Source: an uncultured Clostridia bacterium (GTDB lineage Bacteria; Bacillota; Clostridia; TANB77; CAG-508). From it: 57,407 bases of DNA. Each line of letters starts with the position of its first letter. Within the stretch, counting starts at the first letter, position 1. A program made the position numbers and the translations under genes. The DNA lies in contig CANREW010000004.1 in assembly GCA_947629765.1 (NCBI GenBank), positions 1 through 57,407 of the forward strand, given 5' to 3'. Below, in pieces: positions 1 to 11,545 of this stretch. The notes under the pieces are model-generated. The model did not search any database. It was not told the origin of the DNA and saw only the letters and a program-made list of their open reading frames with translations.

Positions 1-350
1 GCACTTCTTACTGGTCCTATTGTATCTATTTCTTCATTTTTATATACTGCTAAAAATCTTGTAAGTCCACCTTCTACATACATTTCATATACTAACATTG
101 CTTTATTTAAGCTTGTTTGTGGAATTGCATCTCCAACATTATCAATAGATACTGCAATTGTTCTTTCAGTTCCATCATATTTGCTTTTTGGGATTTCTTT
201 TTCAATTTGTTCCTCTTCTAAAACTTTTCCTTCACTTTCTGTTCCTTCTGCAATTATTTGAGCAGTTTTGCTAAATGCTTTTAATCCCATAAGTACTCCT
301 AATATAATGACTGCTATGATTAATATTATAACTAATATTCTTATTTTCAT
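1..350 (-). CDS. DUF3048 (YerB-like) membrane-anchored protein, runs off window start
   Basis: ATG at 350; N-terminal TM segment; motifs IDN..A.PQ, VYEMYVEGGLTRFLA, GPVRS. Confidence 0.75.
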   Translation of the reverse strand, partial: MKIRILVIILIIAVIILGVLMGLKAFSKTAQIIAEGTESEGKVLEEEQIEKEIPKSKYDGTERTIAVSIDNVGDAIPQTSLNKAMLVYEMYVEGGLTRFLAVYKNEEIDTIGPVRS

Positions 351-375
351 AGTCTTATCACTTCTCCCTTCATTT

Positions 376-846
376 TTATGCATCAAGTTTTAGTCCTAGT
401 TTATTTAAAATATTTTCTTCTTTTTTTCTCATTTTTACTTTGTCTTTATCTTCTATATGGTCATATCCCATCAAATGATAAAAACCATGTACTAGCATAT
501 ATGCAAACTCCCTATCCTCACTATGTCCATATTCTACTGCTTGTTTTTTTACTATTGGTAAGCATATAACTATATCACCAAGTGGTTCTTTGGCTAATTT
601 TGCAGATTCTATTTCATCCTTTTCAAACATTGGGAATGATAACACGTCTGTTGCTTTATCAATATTTCTATACTTTTTATTTATATTTCTTATATTTTCT
701 TCATTTGTAATAATTATGCTAATATATATTTCATAATCATATAGATTTTCTTCTTTAAAGCACATTTCATATACTTTATTTATAATCTCTTTGTATTTCT
801 TATCTTCTTTTATATCTAAAAATTCTATTTCTGCTAATTCTCTCAT
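376..846 (-). CDS. ybeY: rRNA maturation endoribonuclease YbeY
   Basis: TDVLSFP, LGDIVI, HGFYHLMGYDH motifs. Confidence 0.95.
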   Translation of the reverse strand: MRELAEIEFLDIKEDKKYKEIINKVYEMCFKEENLYDYEIYISIIITNEENIRNINKKYRNIDKATDVLSFPMFEKDEIESAKLAKEPLGDIVICLPIVKKQAVEYGHSEDREFAYMLVHGFYHLMGYDHIEDKDKVKMRKKEENILNKLGLKLDA

Positions 847-2021
847 ACTTTAATATACTTTTTCCCCTTACTATATGAATTCTTTAATCTTCTAATTGCA
901 TTGTATTCAAAAAGCTTGTCCTTATAAAACTTTATTATATGTTTGTTTTGTAAATTATTATCTAAATGTCTTAATTCTGCTTTGATAAATAGTATTTCTT
1001 TTTGTTTCTTTCCTTCGTCTGATTCTTTATCTATGCTGTTATATTTGTCCCAAAATACTTTGTATAATTCTTTTTCTTCTGGTTTCTCCCAATAAATTTT
1101 TGTAGATAGTACTCTTACATTATAATCTTCTATTAAATTTATTAGTGTTTCATAGGCTACTTCTTTTTTCTTCTCTACCTTAGAGCTTATTATTAAATGC
1201 CTTGTCTCTCTTATTAATTTTTCATAGCATCCTTCTGCAACAGCTAGTGGAACACTATGAGTAAATAACTTCCTACTCATTGCAAGTAGATACATTCTTT
1301 TTTCAATTTGCTCTCTTGCATCTAATTTTCCTGACAAAAATGCAGTAAACTTATCATATTCCTGGTATATATCTTTGTATTTTTCTTTTCCTTCAAGTTC
1401 CATTTTGATAGGTAATATATTTGAAATGTAATCTTCTAATGTGTCAAATATACTGTCATATATGCTATCTTTGTCAATCATATTTTCTGATATTTTATCT
1501 GCTAATTGTATAGAATAATTTTTAAGTATTCCTTTAAAAATGCCATCCATTTTTGAGATATAAAATGGGTTATACCTTGCTATTACTTTTTGTTTGTCAT
1601 CATTTTTTAAAGATATATAATCTAAATCTAATAGATATTTTTGTTTCCTATGTTTATATTCTGCATATTGTGTTTCTTTTAAATGTGTTACTATATAGTA
1701 TCTAGACAATGCGTCTTCTTCAAATGTAGTTGCTGTCCTATTCTTTACTTTTTTATATATAGAATCCATTACATATTTATCTATTGACTCTAAGTATAAT
1801 ATAAATGTATCTTCATATTTTCTTTGAAGAGCCTCTTCTTTTGCCTTATCTGTGTTATTTGTATATGCTTCATAGTTTTTAAGTAAACTATTCCTTTTTA
1901 TTGTAATTAACATTCCATTAATTCCTATTTTTGTAGGTATTAATAGTCTGCTTATTGTTGTTGATATCTTTGAGAAAAATGCTTTATCATTTTTTGCAAC
2001 TCGTAATCCTCTTTCTTCCAT
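843..2021 (-). CDS. hypothetical protein (392 aa)
   Basis: long ORF with RBS, overlaps ybeY start; no family recognised. Confidence 0.7.
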   Translation of the reverse strand: MEERGLRVAKNDKAFFSKISTTISRLLIPTKIGINGMLITIKRNSLLKNYEAYTNNTDKAKEEALQRKYEDTFILYLESIDKYVMDSIYKKVKNRTATTFEEDALSRYYIVTHLKETQYAEYKHRKQKYLLDLDYISLKNDDKQKVIARYNPFYISKMDGIFKGILKNYSIQLADKISENMIDKDSIYDSIFDTLEDYISNILPIKMELEGKEKYKDIYQEYDKFTAFLSGKLDAREQIEKRMYLLAMSRKLFTHSVPLAVAEGCYEKLIRETRHLIISSKVEKKKEVAYETLINLIEDYNVRVLSTKIYWEKPEEKELYKVFWDKYNSIDKESDEGKKQKEILFIKAELRHLDNNLQNKHIIKFYKDKLFEYNAIRRLKNSYSKGKKYIKV

Positions 2022-2036
2022 TGTTCATCCTTCCTT

Positions 2037-3222
2037 TCAATTTAAAATTTTTTCTTGTGTACCAATATTTTCTAGTACCTCGTATATAACTTCTACTTGT
2101 ACGCTCTCTTCATCCTCAGATGTATTTACCTTTATATCTTGTATGTTATCTTTATTTTCTATTTCTTCTAGTAATTCATTTTTTAATTTGTCTGTTAATA
2201 TTTGTTTTGCTTCCTCATTAGTCAAGGTCTTTTCTTCATCTTTTAATTGGTAATATGTAGAAATCCCTAAGCTTATAGGCAAATAAAAATTTGAAAATAT
2301 TTTGAATTTTTTCTCTTCATTTATTGTATCATATTTTTCAAAATTTGGAAGACTTTTATATAAATTTATTTGAAAATTATTTATTTTGATATTATACTTT
2401 TTTTGTGAAACTCCTGTCCTAACTTGATTTGTCTGCTTTAAATTTATTTTTTCTGATTTTTTATACCAGACTTTTGCTTCTATCTCTCCTGATGCGTGTA
2501 CAAATCTTGTTCCAGTATATTTTCCTTCCATCCATCCACCTATCAAAATGCTATTTTCCGTAACAATATCACCAGGCTTTACTAAAATTGTCCCTTCTGT
2601 TGCTGTAATTTTTGTTATCTCACCTGTTTTATTAGATACAATATTACAATATTCGCTTTTTTCAACTATTTCTGGCTTTTTTGTTGTTTCTACTATCTTA
2701 ACTAATACATTAGTCCCATTTAGGTTTATATTCATCCAAGCAATGTCATCTCTTTTTAGTCTGATTTGATTTATGATTTCTTGTGCGTTTACTTTTGATT
2801 TTAGTGTTCCTTCTTTTAAGCCATATTCTGATAATTCACTTAATATTTCATTAGAATCTATTGTTTCTAATCCTTCTACTTCAATGTTCCATATGAACTT
2901 TGATGTCCCATACATAAGTATTGTAACTAATATAAATACTATAAAAAATATTTTTCTATTTCTGTATTTGTTCATTAAAAATGGAAGTCCTTTTTTTTGA
3001 TTTATTTTGATTCTGCATTTAGTTTTCCTAGCAACTTCTTTTAATAATTTAAAATCATTTTTTCCGGACATTTGCCATCATAAATGTAGATTTTTCTCTT
3101 TTTACATTCCAAAGAAGAATTCCCTTGCTTATACAAATATTTATAAATCTTTCTATATAATATCCTTCAACAGAGATATTTACATATCCTAATATATAGT
3201 TAATTATAATTTTGAATATCAA
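2037..3222 (-). CDS. yqfD: sporulation protein YqfD (one CGG +1 site)
   Basis: TTG start 3222; N-terminus (GYVNISVEGYYIERFINIC) joins ORF 2037..3071 if the C of CGG at 3064-3066 is skipped; 394 aa; follows yqfC. Confidence 0.85.
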
Positions 3223-3231
3223 ATTTTTCAC

Positions 3232-3522
3232 CTACTCATTCGCTTCAAAATCAATTGAATCTATTGTGCCAGTTATCATCAAATCTTCTGCATTCATTTG
3301 AATCAGTTTTAAGTTAAATCCGTTTATATTTATTGCACCTATATAAGTATTTACTTTTATAAATACCTCTTCATATTCTAATATATTCTTATAGTTTTCT
3401 ATAACTAATTCTTCAAATCCAAGTATTGTTATTTTAGGTTTATCTGTTATTACTTCTTCCGGTATTTCTAAAAACTCATTTATTTTACTAAACCTTTTTT
3501 TCAATTCTTTACCTCTTTTCAT
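3232..3522 (-). CDS. yqfC: sporulation protein YqfC (YabP family)
   Basis: PKITILG..ELVIENYKNILEY motif; upstream of yqfD. Confidence 0.85.
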   Translation of the reverse strand: MKRGKELKKRFSKINEFLEIPEEVITDKPKITILGFEELVIENYKNILEYEEVFIKVNTYIGAININGFNLKLIQMNAEDLMITGTIDSIDFEANE

Positions 3523-3782
3523 ATAATCTCTTTAATAATGTATATTGCAAATTTTATGAATTAATTCATTTTAATTTTTTCTTAATATTTTTTATTCATA
3601 ACTTTCACGGTGAGTTCACAAAATGGACAAATAAGATTGATATATTATAAGTACACTAAGTAATGATAGTGAAAAAACATCCCCTTTTATTTTTTATTTT
3701 AAAAAGACCTACCTTCAAAACGGTAAGTCTTTATTTTTTAAAAGTAGAGTTCAGCTGTGAACTCTACTCATAATACCTCTAA

Positions 3783-4625
3783 TTATTTAATTATTACAAT
3801 ATCTTTCTCAGAAGAATAACTTGCATTTCCATAAGCATATATTATATAAATTACCCCATCTGGTCCTAAGAAATAATTATTAGAATTTTCTATTAAATAC
3901 ATACTATCATTTATATCACGATTAACTGTATTATATCCTAATGCAGAAAGATTTTGAGAATTATCTATTGCTTCTTGTATTGTGTTATAGATTTCTGACT
4001 GCACATCTTTTGTACTCTTTCCTTCTATATTAAGGACATTTCCAAGTGTCATTTCTTCATTTGTAGATAAGTTATATGTATATGTTTGAATAATCACTCT
4101 TTGTACATTTGTTCCTTCTTTTAGACCTGCTCTAATTACTAATGACAAAATATTTTCATTTACATAGGCAGTATATTCTACATTATATATAGTTTGTTTT
4201 TTTATTTCTTCATCTGTGTTTAATAATATTTGATTTGCTTTTTCTTGGAATATTGATGATATTTCTTTATTGATAGCCATTATTTTTTCATTATTAATAT
4301 TTATTGTAGGGATTTTTACATTTACACCATAAGCATCATCTTTTAGTTCATATACAGTATAAACAAGTTCTTCGTGTGCTTCTATTTTATTTACTGCAAC
4401 ATTATTTTCTTGATAATTTATGCTATTGTCGAATAGGTCATCAAATTCTACTATTTGTGTTTGTTCTTCAATCTGTGGCCTCTGCTCTATAAGCTCATTT
4501 AATTGTTTTTTATGATATGACTCTATTTGGTAGTATATTCCATATATTATAGAAAATATACATATTACAATTACACTTATAACTGCTACAGTTCTTATAT
4601 CTATTTTGCCTTCGTTCATTAACAT
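3783..4625 (-). CDS. membrane-anchored protein, DUF3298/RsiV-PdaC-like
   Basis: N-terminal TM; ILSLVI...TYTYNL..EMTL and C-terminal NYFL...IYIIY pattern. Confidence 0.5.
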   Translation of the reverse strand: MLMNEGKIDIRTVAVISVIVICIFSIIYGIYYQIESYHKKQLNELIEQRPQIEEQTQIVEFDDLFDNSINYQENNVAVNKIEAHEELVYTVYELKDDAYGVNVKIPTININNEKIMAINKEISSIFQEKANQILLNTDEEIKKQTIYNVEYTAYVNENILSLVIRAGLKEGTNVQRVIIQTYTYNLSTNEEMTLGNVLNIEGKSTKDVQSEIYNTIQEAIDNSQNLSALGYNTVNRDINDSMYLIENSNNYFLGPDGVIYIIYAYGNASYSSEKDIVIIK

Positions 4626-4751
4626 TTTCCTCCTACATAGTATATATTTTATTATAGCACAACCAAAACTCCATTATCAACTTGACTTTTTATTAATTTT
4701 AATGTATTATTAATAGAATACTTTGAATAGCTTAAAGGAGGACTTAAATAT

Positions 4752-7031
4752 ATGTTATGTTCAATTTGTAAAAAAGCAGAAGCAACAATTTTTGTAAGTA
4801 ATCCTACAAAGGATAATCCTCATAATACTATTGGTTATTGTGCAAATTGTGCAAAAGAAAGAGGTATAAATCCTTTGGGTTCAATTCTTAATGGTAATAA
4901 TATTGATTTAAATGCTGTTACTGAGCAATTTGAAAATATTATAAATAACATTTCTGATAATATGGCTATGGATGATAATATGGCAAATGATCAAGGTGGT
5001 GCTGTTCCTATTGGAGCAATATTTGGAAATTTCTTTAATCCAAATAACTATGATGGTCAGTCAGAAAGTAGAAATACAAATAATAAAAGAGTAAAAGTTG
5101 ATAAAAAGCCTAAGGAAAAGAAAAAGAAGTTCCTTGATATGTATGGAACAAATCTAACAAATAAAGCTAAAAACAATGAATTAGATATTGTTGTCGGAAG
5201 AGATAGCGAAATTAGAAGAATTATACAAATATTAAATAGACGTTCTAAAAATAACCCTTGTCTAATCGGTGAGCCTGGTGTTGGTAAAACTGCTATTGCA
5301 CAAGGTTTAGCAATATCTATTGCAAATGGTCAAGTTCCAGCTAAACTTTTAAATAAAGAAGTCTATCTTTTAGATATGACTTCTGTTGTTGCTGGTACTC
5401 AATTTAGAGGTCAATTTGAAGCTAGAATGAAAGGTATTATTGACGAGTGTAAAGCTCTTAAAAATATCATTTTAGTTATAGATGAAATTCATAATATTAT
5501 AGGTACAGGTGATGGCGAAAATGCTATGAATGCTGCAAATATTCTTAAACCTTCTCTTGCAGATGGCAGTATTCAGCTTATCGGTACTACTACTTTGAAA
5601 GAATATAGAAAATATATTGAAAAGGATACAGCATTAGAAAGAAGATTCCAAACTGTTTTAGTAGAAGAACCAAATGTAGATGCAACCTGCAATATAATGT
5701 ATGGAATTAAAAAATATTATGAGGACTTTCATAAGGTAAAAATTTCTAATGATGTAATTCGTCAAACTGTAATAATGTCTGAAAAATATATTCACGATAG
5801 ATTTTTACCTGATAAAGCTATTGATATATTAGACGAGGCTTGTTCTAGAATTAATCTTGATAACAAAGAGTTATATCAATTAGAGGTTTTAAAAAATGAA
5901 TTAAAAGCAGTTCAAGATGAGAAAAATGAAGCTGCACAAGCAGATTCAACAGAAGATTATCAAAAAGCTGCTGATTTGAAAACTCGTGAATGTCAACTTA
6001 TTGAGCAAATAGATGCTATAAACAAAAATTTAAAATTAAAAGAAGTTACCATTCAAGATATAGCAGAAGTTATAGAGCACTGGACTAAAATTCCTGTAAC
6101 TAAAATTACAGAGGAAGAAACTGCTAAGCTTTTAAATTTGGAAGATAATCTTCATAAAAAAATTATCGGTCAAAACAAAGCTGTTGAAGCTGTTTCTAGG
6201 GCAATAAGAAGAAATAGAGCAGGTTTAAAAACTACAAAACGTCCACCTTCTTTCTTATTCGTTGGTCCAACAGGTGTTGGTAAAACTGAACTTGCAAAAA
6301 CACTTGCATACGAAATGTTTGGAGATAAAGATGCAATAATTAGAGTGGATATGTCTGAATATATGGAATCACATTCAACTTCTAAACTTATTGGATCACC
6401 TCCAGGATATGTTGGATATGATGATGCAGGTCAACTTACTGAAAAGGTAAAAAGAAAACCTTATTCTATCGTACTTCTTGATGAGATAGAAAAAGCACAT
6501 CCTGATGTATTTAATATATTACTTCAAGTTTTAGATGATGGCAAGCTAACAGATTCTCAAGGAAATACTGTAAGTTTCGAAAATACAATTATTATTATGA
6601 CTTCAAATGCAGGTTCTAACTTAAATAATAATTCTATTGGTTTTGGAAAGCAAACTGTAGATTCTAATAAGATTCAAGATAGTTTAAAAGATACATTTAG
6701 ACCTGAATTTTTAAATAGAATTGATGAAATCGTAATTTTTGATAGTTTAAATAAAGAAGAACTAATGAAAATTGTTGATTTAATGTTGCTTGATACTGAT
6801 GCAGCTCTTAAAGATAAAAATATCACTATGCAAGTTTCAAAACCTGCTAAAGAATTTTTACTAGAAAAAGGAACTGACCTAAAGTATGGTGCTAGACCTT
6901 TAAGACGTGCTATTCAAAGATACTTAGAAGATGAACTTTCTGAAAAGATTTTAAGAAATGAAATAAAGAATGGAAATAATGTAGTAGTTAATGTTAAAAA
7001 TAATGCATTAAGTTTTAAAGTTTCTGATTAG
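4752..7031 (+). CDS. ATP-dependent Clp protease ATPase (ClpE/ClpC type, N-terminal Cys4 zinc finger)
   Basis: two Walker A motifs (GEPGVGKT, GPTGVGKT), GARPLRR, N-terminal CxxC..CxxC. Confidence 0.92.
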   Translation: MLCSICKKAEATIFVSNPTKDNPHNTIGYCANCAKERGINPLGSILNGNNIDLNAVTEQFENIINNISDNMAMDDNMANDQGGAVPIGAIFGNFFNPNNYDGQSESRNTNNKRVKVDKKPKEKKKKFLDMYGTNLTNKAKNNELDIVVGRDSEIRRIIQILNRRSKNNPCLIGEPGVGKTAIAQGLAISIANGQVPAKLLNKEVYLLDMTSVVAGTQFRGQFEARMKGIIDECKALKNIILVIDEIHNIIGTGDGENAMNAANILKPSLADGSIQLIGTTTLKEYRKYIEKDTALERRFQTVLVEEPNVDATCNIMYGIKKYYEDFHKVKISNDVIRQTVIMSEKYIHDRFLPDKAIDILDEACSRINLDNKELYQLEVLKNELKAVQDEKNEAAQADSTEDYQKAADLKTRECQLIEQIDAINKNLKLKEVTIQDIAEVIEHWTKIPVTKITEEETAKLLNLEDNLHKKIIGQNKAVEAVSRAIRRNRAGLKTTKRPPSFLFVGPTGVGKTELAKTLAYEMFGDKDAIIRVDMSEYMESHSTSKLIGSPPGYVGYDDAGQLTEKVKRKPYSIVLLDEIEKAHPDVFNILLQVLDDGKLTDSQGNTVSFENTIIIMTSNAGSNLNNNSIGFGKQTVDSNKIQDSLKDTFRPEFLNRIDEIVIFDSLNKEELMKIVDLMLLDTDAALKDKNITMQVSKPAKEFLLEKGTDLKYGARPLRRAIQRYLEDELSEKILRNEIKNGNNVVVNVKNNALSFKVSD

Positions 7032-7046
7032 TGGAGGGTTTTATAT

Positions 7047-7617
7047 ATGCTTAAATATGTACCAAATATTCTAACAATAATTAGATTTTTATTAATACCA
7101 CCTATCGTAATAGCTATCACTTCAGAACATTTTGTAGTTGCTGTAATATTGTTAGTATTGTCAGGAATAACTGATGTATTAGATGGTTTTATTGCAAGAA
7201 AATTTGACTTAATAACTGATTTTGGAAAATTAGTTGATCCCCTTGCAGATAAGGCAACTCAGCTAGCTATCCTTGTAACTTTATCTATAAAAGGAATTAT
7301 TCCTTTCTGGATTCTTGCAATTGTCGTTTTGAAGGAATTTGCAATGATAGCAGGTGCTTCTTTCCTTTATGGAAGAAAACTTGTAGTATCTAGCAAGTGG
7401 TATCGGAAAACTTGCAACTGTATTATTTTATGTAGCTATTGGATGTTCTTTGACTATACGTTATTTGAATAATTTTGTATTAGAAGATTCTATTTATGAT
7501 TTTTCTATATATATCTATATCTTAGCAATTCTTGCAACTTTATCTGCTTTGATTTTATACTTCAGAGCATTTAATTTGCAGAATTATTTTAAAGATGAGA
7601 TTAGTAAAGAAAAATAG
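7047..7617 (+). CDS. pgsA: CDP-diacylglycerol--glycerol-3-phosphate 3-phosphatidyltransferase (one CGG +1 site)
   Basis: PNILT..R, DVLDGFIAR..GKLVDPLADK; skipping C7404 restores WYGKLATVLFY and a hydrophobic C-terminus to TAG 7617 (189 aa). Confidence 0.88.
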
Positions 7618-7624
7618 GATTTAG

Positions 7625-7774
7625 AAAAGAGAATAATATTTATTAAAAAGAGACGCGTCTCAGCGACCAACCGAAGCGAAGCGAAGGGCGACTTTTGCAG
7701 CCTACTTTATTAAAAATTTAATTTGTAGCCTGCAAACAGGGCAAGTCTCTTAAAAATAAATATTATTCTCTTTT
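7625..7774. repeat. ~150-bp palindromic intergenic repeat, copy 1
   Basis: terminal inverted arms AAAAGAGAATAATATTTATT / AATAAATATTATTCTCTTTT; shared core with copies 2-4. Confidence 0.85.
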
Positions 7775-7775
7775 T

Positions 7776-8366
7776 TTATTCATAATCTTCCAAGAGTTTG
7801 TTTAATTCTTCTGTCCCATACACCATAATTCCATTTTTTAATGTTATCCTATCTGTTTCTGGAAGATATTCTACTGGTATATTTGTTTTTTCTTTAAATG
7901 TTACAGTTCCATCCTGATCAACTGTTGATATTGCAATAAAACCATCTTTTTCTGTTACAAGATAATGTTCTCCACAAAAGCTATCTACTTCTTTTAATAA
8001 AATTATTTCTTCCATAGAAAATAATTCTAAATTCCAATCAGCATATTTTTCTCTTATCTCATCTTCTGTAAGATTTACTTCTTCTTCTGGAAGTGAATTA
8101 CTTGTTTCTATTGTGTGACCACATTCAATGTAATATTTCTGCAAAGTCAGTATAGTGTTTGGAGTTGTTTTTTCTTCAAATGTTGTTGTTTCTATCAAAT
8201 TTTCACTTTCTACTTTTTCTTCTTTTATTTGCAAATTATTTATACTTCCTAATAAATTTTGATTATCTACTTTATCTACCTTAAGGCCTATATAAAAAAA
8301 AACTCCAAATAAAATTATTAGAATTATTATAAATATAAAAATAGCTCGTTTTCTCATTAATACCAA
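7776..8366 (-). CDS. BofC C-terminal domain protein
   Basis: YIECGH, CGEHYLV..KDGFIAI, LPETDR..LKNGI...LLEDYE. Confidence 0.7.
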   Translation of the reverse strand: MVLMRKRAIFIFIIILIILFGVFFYIGLKVDKVDNQNLLGSINNLQIKEEKVESENLIETTTFEEKTTPNTILTLQKYYIECGHTIETSNSLPEEEVNLTEDEIREKYADWNLELFSMEEIILLKEVDSFCGEHYLVTEKDGFIAISTVDQDGTVTFKEKTNIPVEYLPETDRITLKNGIMVYGTEELNKLLEDYE

Positions 8367-8425
8367 TCCTTTTAATATTTTTTAGTATTATTGCCAAAAC
8401 TTGCTATTTTTATACTTTATATTTA

Positions 8426-9562
8426 CTAATAATCTTCCACTTGTAATATAGGAATTTCAAATTGTTTTCCATTACTTGAAATTACATTATTTGCATAGTG
8501 ATTTTCAAAAAATTTATTAGATCCGAGTAAGAAGTACCTATGTTTTGATGCATTGCTTAATACGCCGCCCCCAATTATTATTGGATCATCCCAAGTTACA
8601 TCTATTGCATACCATTTATTATTTAGCAATACGTAATTCCACATATGGTTTTCGTTATCTCCATTTGAGTTAGTTGCTGTCCCTGTAACTAATACATTAT
8701 TTATTCCGAGCTCGTCTAATATATATTTATATGCCCTCGCATATCCTTCGCACACTGCTTTTTGTCTTACAAGTGCTCCATAAACACTTGATATATATGT
8801 GTCACTATCATCATATTCTAAATTTTGTATAATCCAGTCATGAACTTCCCTTACTTTATAATAATCATTTTGATATGCTCGATTTATAAAGGTATTCTTT
8901 ACGGTATCTATTTGCTTTATTGCAGTATTAACTTGCTCTGCATTAGAAAATCCATCTCTATATAATGATATATCATCTTTTGTATTTAGATATATATTAT
9001 ATTTTGTACTGAATAGACTAGTTTTTGTTTCTACATATAACCAAAGTTTCGTAAAATCTACATAAAATAGATTTGGTATATCTAAATTTAATGCATCTAA
9101 TGCATCATTATAATATGGTTTTAATGAATTTTCTGAATTGTTATTTTTTAAAATATTACTAAAATCATAATCTATATTTATCTTGCATGTTCCATCTTTA
9201 AGCTGATCTAAATTTTTTTCTATTGCATCATATATTGCCTTAGAATATTCATCTAATTGATTATAATAATATCTATTGTTATATTTATAATAGCTTTGCG
9301 TTGTTGCAGACGGGCTTTGTGTATACATACTATTTGTTTCACCAGAAGGTATCACAATTTGTGTTTGATTTTGGTTTTCGTTTTTTGTAGTATTTGTATT
9401 ATTTGTACTGTCTGTATGCACTACTTGCTGAACATCATTTTTATCTTCGATTTTGTTTGTTTCTGGTCTAAGTGCATAACTTTGGCCGTCATTAGATACT
9501 ACTTTAAAATAATACAATCCTCCAAGTGCTATAATTACTATAACAATAAGTACTATTAGCAA
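8426..9562 (-). CDS. transglutaminase-like domain membrane protein
   Basis: AVCEGYARAY, HMWNYV, DVTWDD catalytic-triad motifs; exact start uncertain. Confidence 0.8.
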   Translation of the reverse strand: MLIVLIVIVIIALGGLYYFKVVSNDGQSYALRPETNKIEDKNDVQQVVHTDSTNNTNTTKNENQNQTQIVIPSGETNSMYTQSPSATTQSYYKYNNRYYYNQLDEYSKAIYDAIEKNLDQLKDGTCKINIDYDFSNILKNNNSENSLKPYYNDALDALNLDIPNLFYVDFTKLWLYVETKTSLFSTKYNIYLNTKDDISLYRDGFSNAEQVNTAIKQIDTVKNTFINRAYQNDYYKVREVHDWIIQNLEYDDSDTYISSVYGALVRQKAVCEGYARAYKYILDELGINNVLVTGTATNSNGDNENHMWNYVLLNNKWYAIDVTWDDPIIIGGGVLSNASKHRYFLLGSNKFFENHYANNVISSNGKQFEIPILQVEDY

Positions 9563-9596
9563 ATTTGTAAACTTTTCTATAATAGCATCCTCCTTT

Positions 9597-10817
9597 TCAT
9601 TCTTTTCTTTTAATTTTTATTATTTTTTCAGTATTTAATTCTGCTCCTTTTTTTATTAAGTCATATCCATACTTTTCTTTTAATTTATCTAATGTCACAT
9701 CTATTTTATCTTGCTTTTCATTTTCTAGATTTGAGAAAAGCGATAATTGCTGTTCTTTTTTATCTACTAAATTATCTGTCCTAACTCCAACTAATCTTAT
9801 TGCCATTCCATCTTTAAACATTTCGTTTAATAGTTCTTTTACTGTACCGATATATTACTTTAGTGTTAGATACTGCTGTATTTAGTTTCTTTTGATGTGA
9901 TATATCTACAAAATCTTTTGTTCTTAATTGTACATTTACTACATTTGCGAGTAAATCATTTTTTCTAAGTCTATAACATACTTGTTCCGTTATAGATAAT
10001 GCAACATCTTCTATTTCTTCTTTTGTTCGTAAATCTCTTGGAAGTGTTACAGAATTCCCAATGCTTTTAGGTCTTTCTGGCTTAAATATTACCTCGGAAT
10101 TATCTATTCCGATTTGCATATTCCCATATCAAGTTTCCATATTTTTTAAATTTTCTAATTAACTCGCTTTTATCATATTTTGCTAAATCTCCAATTGTAT
10201 TTATGTTCATACTATTTAATTTAGGTACAGTTTTTCTTCCTAGCATAAATAGCTCTGAAACAGGTAAAGGCCACATTTTTTCTTCTATCTCGCCTTCAAA
10301 TAGAGTATGAACTTTGTCTGGTTTTTCAAAATCTGATGCCATTTTTGCAAGTAGCTTATTATGTGCAACGCCTATATTTACAGTAAAACCTAACTCTTTT
10401 TTTACTCTTTTACTTATTTCATATGCCTTATTTATTAGTATATCATTTTTTAAAAATCCCGTCAAATCCAAAAAACACTCATCTATGCTAAATCTTTCAA
10501 TTTTATATGTATATTCTGATAAAATATCATATAATTTATTAGAATACTTTCTATAAACTGAATAATTACATCCTGGATATACTTTTAAGTTTGGACATTT
10601 CCTTTTTGCCTGAAAAATCGTTTCCCCTGTTTTTACGCCACATTTTTTAGCAAGCATACTTTTTGCAAGAACTATTCCTGATCTTCTTGTTTCATCTCCG
10701 CCGAATTATTGATGGAATTGTTCTTATATCAAGTGTTTTTCCAGATTTTAACATTTCGATTGCTGTCCAACTTAAAAATGCATTATTAACATCTATATGT
10801 AGTATCTGTCTTTCCAT
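9597..10817 (-). CDS. dinB: DNA polymerase IV (three CGG +1 sites)
   Basis: HIDVNNAF, SIDECF, LAKMASDFEKPD, RLVGV; CGG at 10701-10703, 10109-10111, 9847-9849; skipping each C gives one 405-aa ORF. Confidence 0.9.
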
Positions 10818-10951
10818 TTTTATACCACCAATATCATTATAAAACTTATGTTTGCTAATGTCAAGGTGGTTATAATATTTTTGTTGTAACTTTTACTTTT
10901 TTGTGGTATTATATTATATATTAATAAATAAATTTTAAGGAGGAAAATATT

Positions 10952-11521
10952 ATGAGTATTTTATGGATAATTTTAGCGATCGTAGTTTTAATCGTTTTAT
11001 GGGCAATTTTTGCTTATAACAGTTTAGTAAGAAAAAAATTAAAGGTTGATAATGCTTGGGGACAAATTGATGTCCAATTACAAAGAAGATTTGATTTAAT
11101 TCCTAACTTAGTAAATGTAGTTAAAGGTTATATGGATTATGAAAAAGACGTTTTAGCAAAAGTAACAGAACTTCGTACTGCTTGGGCAAATGCTAGCTCT
11201 GTTGACGAAAAAGTAAACCTAGATAACCAATTAACTGGTGCTTTAAAAACAATTATGGCAGTTTCTGAGAATTATCCTGATTTAAAAGCAAATCAAAGTT
11301 TCTCTGAATTACAAGAAGAATTGAGAAATACTGAAAATAAAATTTCTTATTCAAGACAATTTTATAATGACAGTGTTACAATGTATAATACTGCTTTATT
11401 AGTATTTCCAACAAGTATCATAGCTTCAATTTTCCACTTCACAAGTAAGACTTTATTTGTTGTAAGTGATGAAGAAGCTAGAAATAATGTAAAAGTAGAT
11501 TTTGGAAACGGAAATAATTAA
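10952..11521 (+). CDS. lemA: LemA family protein
   Basis: QLQRRFDLIPNLV, ENYPDLKAN, SRQFYND. Confidence 0.93.
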   Translation: MSILWIILAIVVLIVLWAIFAYNSLVRKKLKVDNAWGQIDVQLQRRFDLIPNLVNVVKGYMDYEKDVLAKVTELRTAWANASSVDEKVNLDNQLTGALKTIMAVSENYPDLKANQSFSELQEELRNTENKISYSRQFYNDSVTMYNTALLVFPTSIIASIFHFTSKTLFVVSDEEARNNVKVDFGNGNN

Positions 11522-11545
11522 GTTAAATAACTAACGGAGGTTTTT

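Noticed and set aside
3600-3770. Possible small RNA or peptide upstream of yqfC
   Set aside because: Only two terminator-like hairpins and no convincing ORF or known motif.
7404-7406. CGG reassigned to Trp or Gln, or used as a stop
   Set aside because: Triplet reassignment would not restore the downstream frame, and a stop would cut domains mid-motif with no re-initiation signals.
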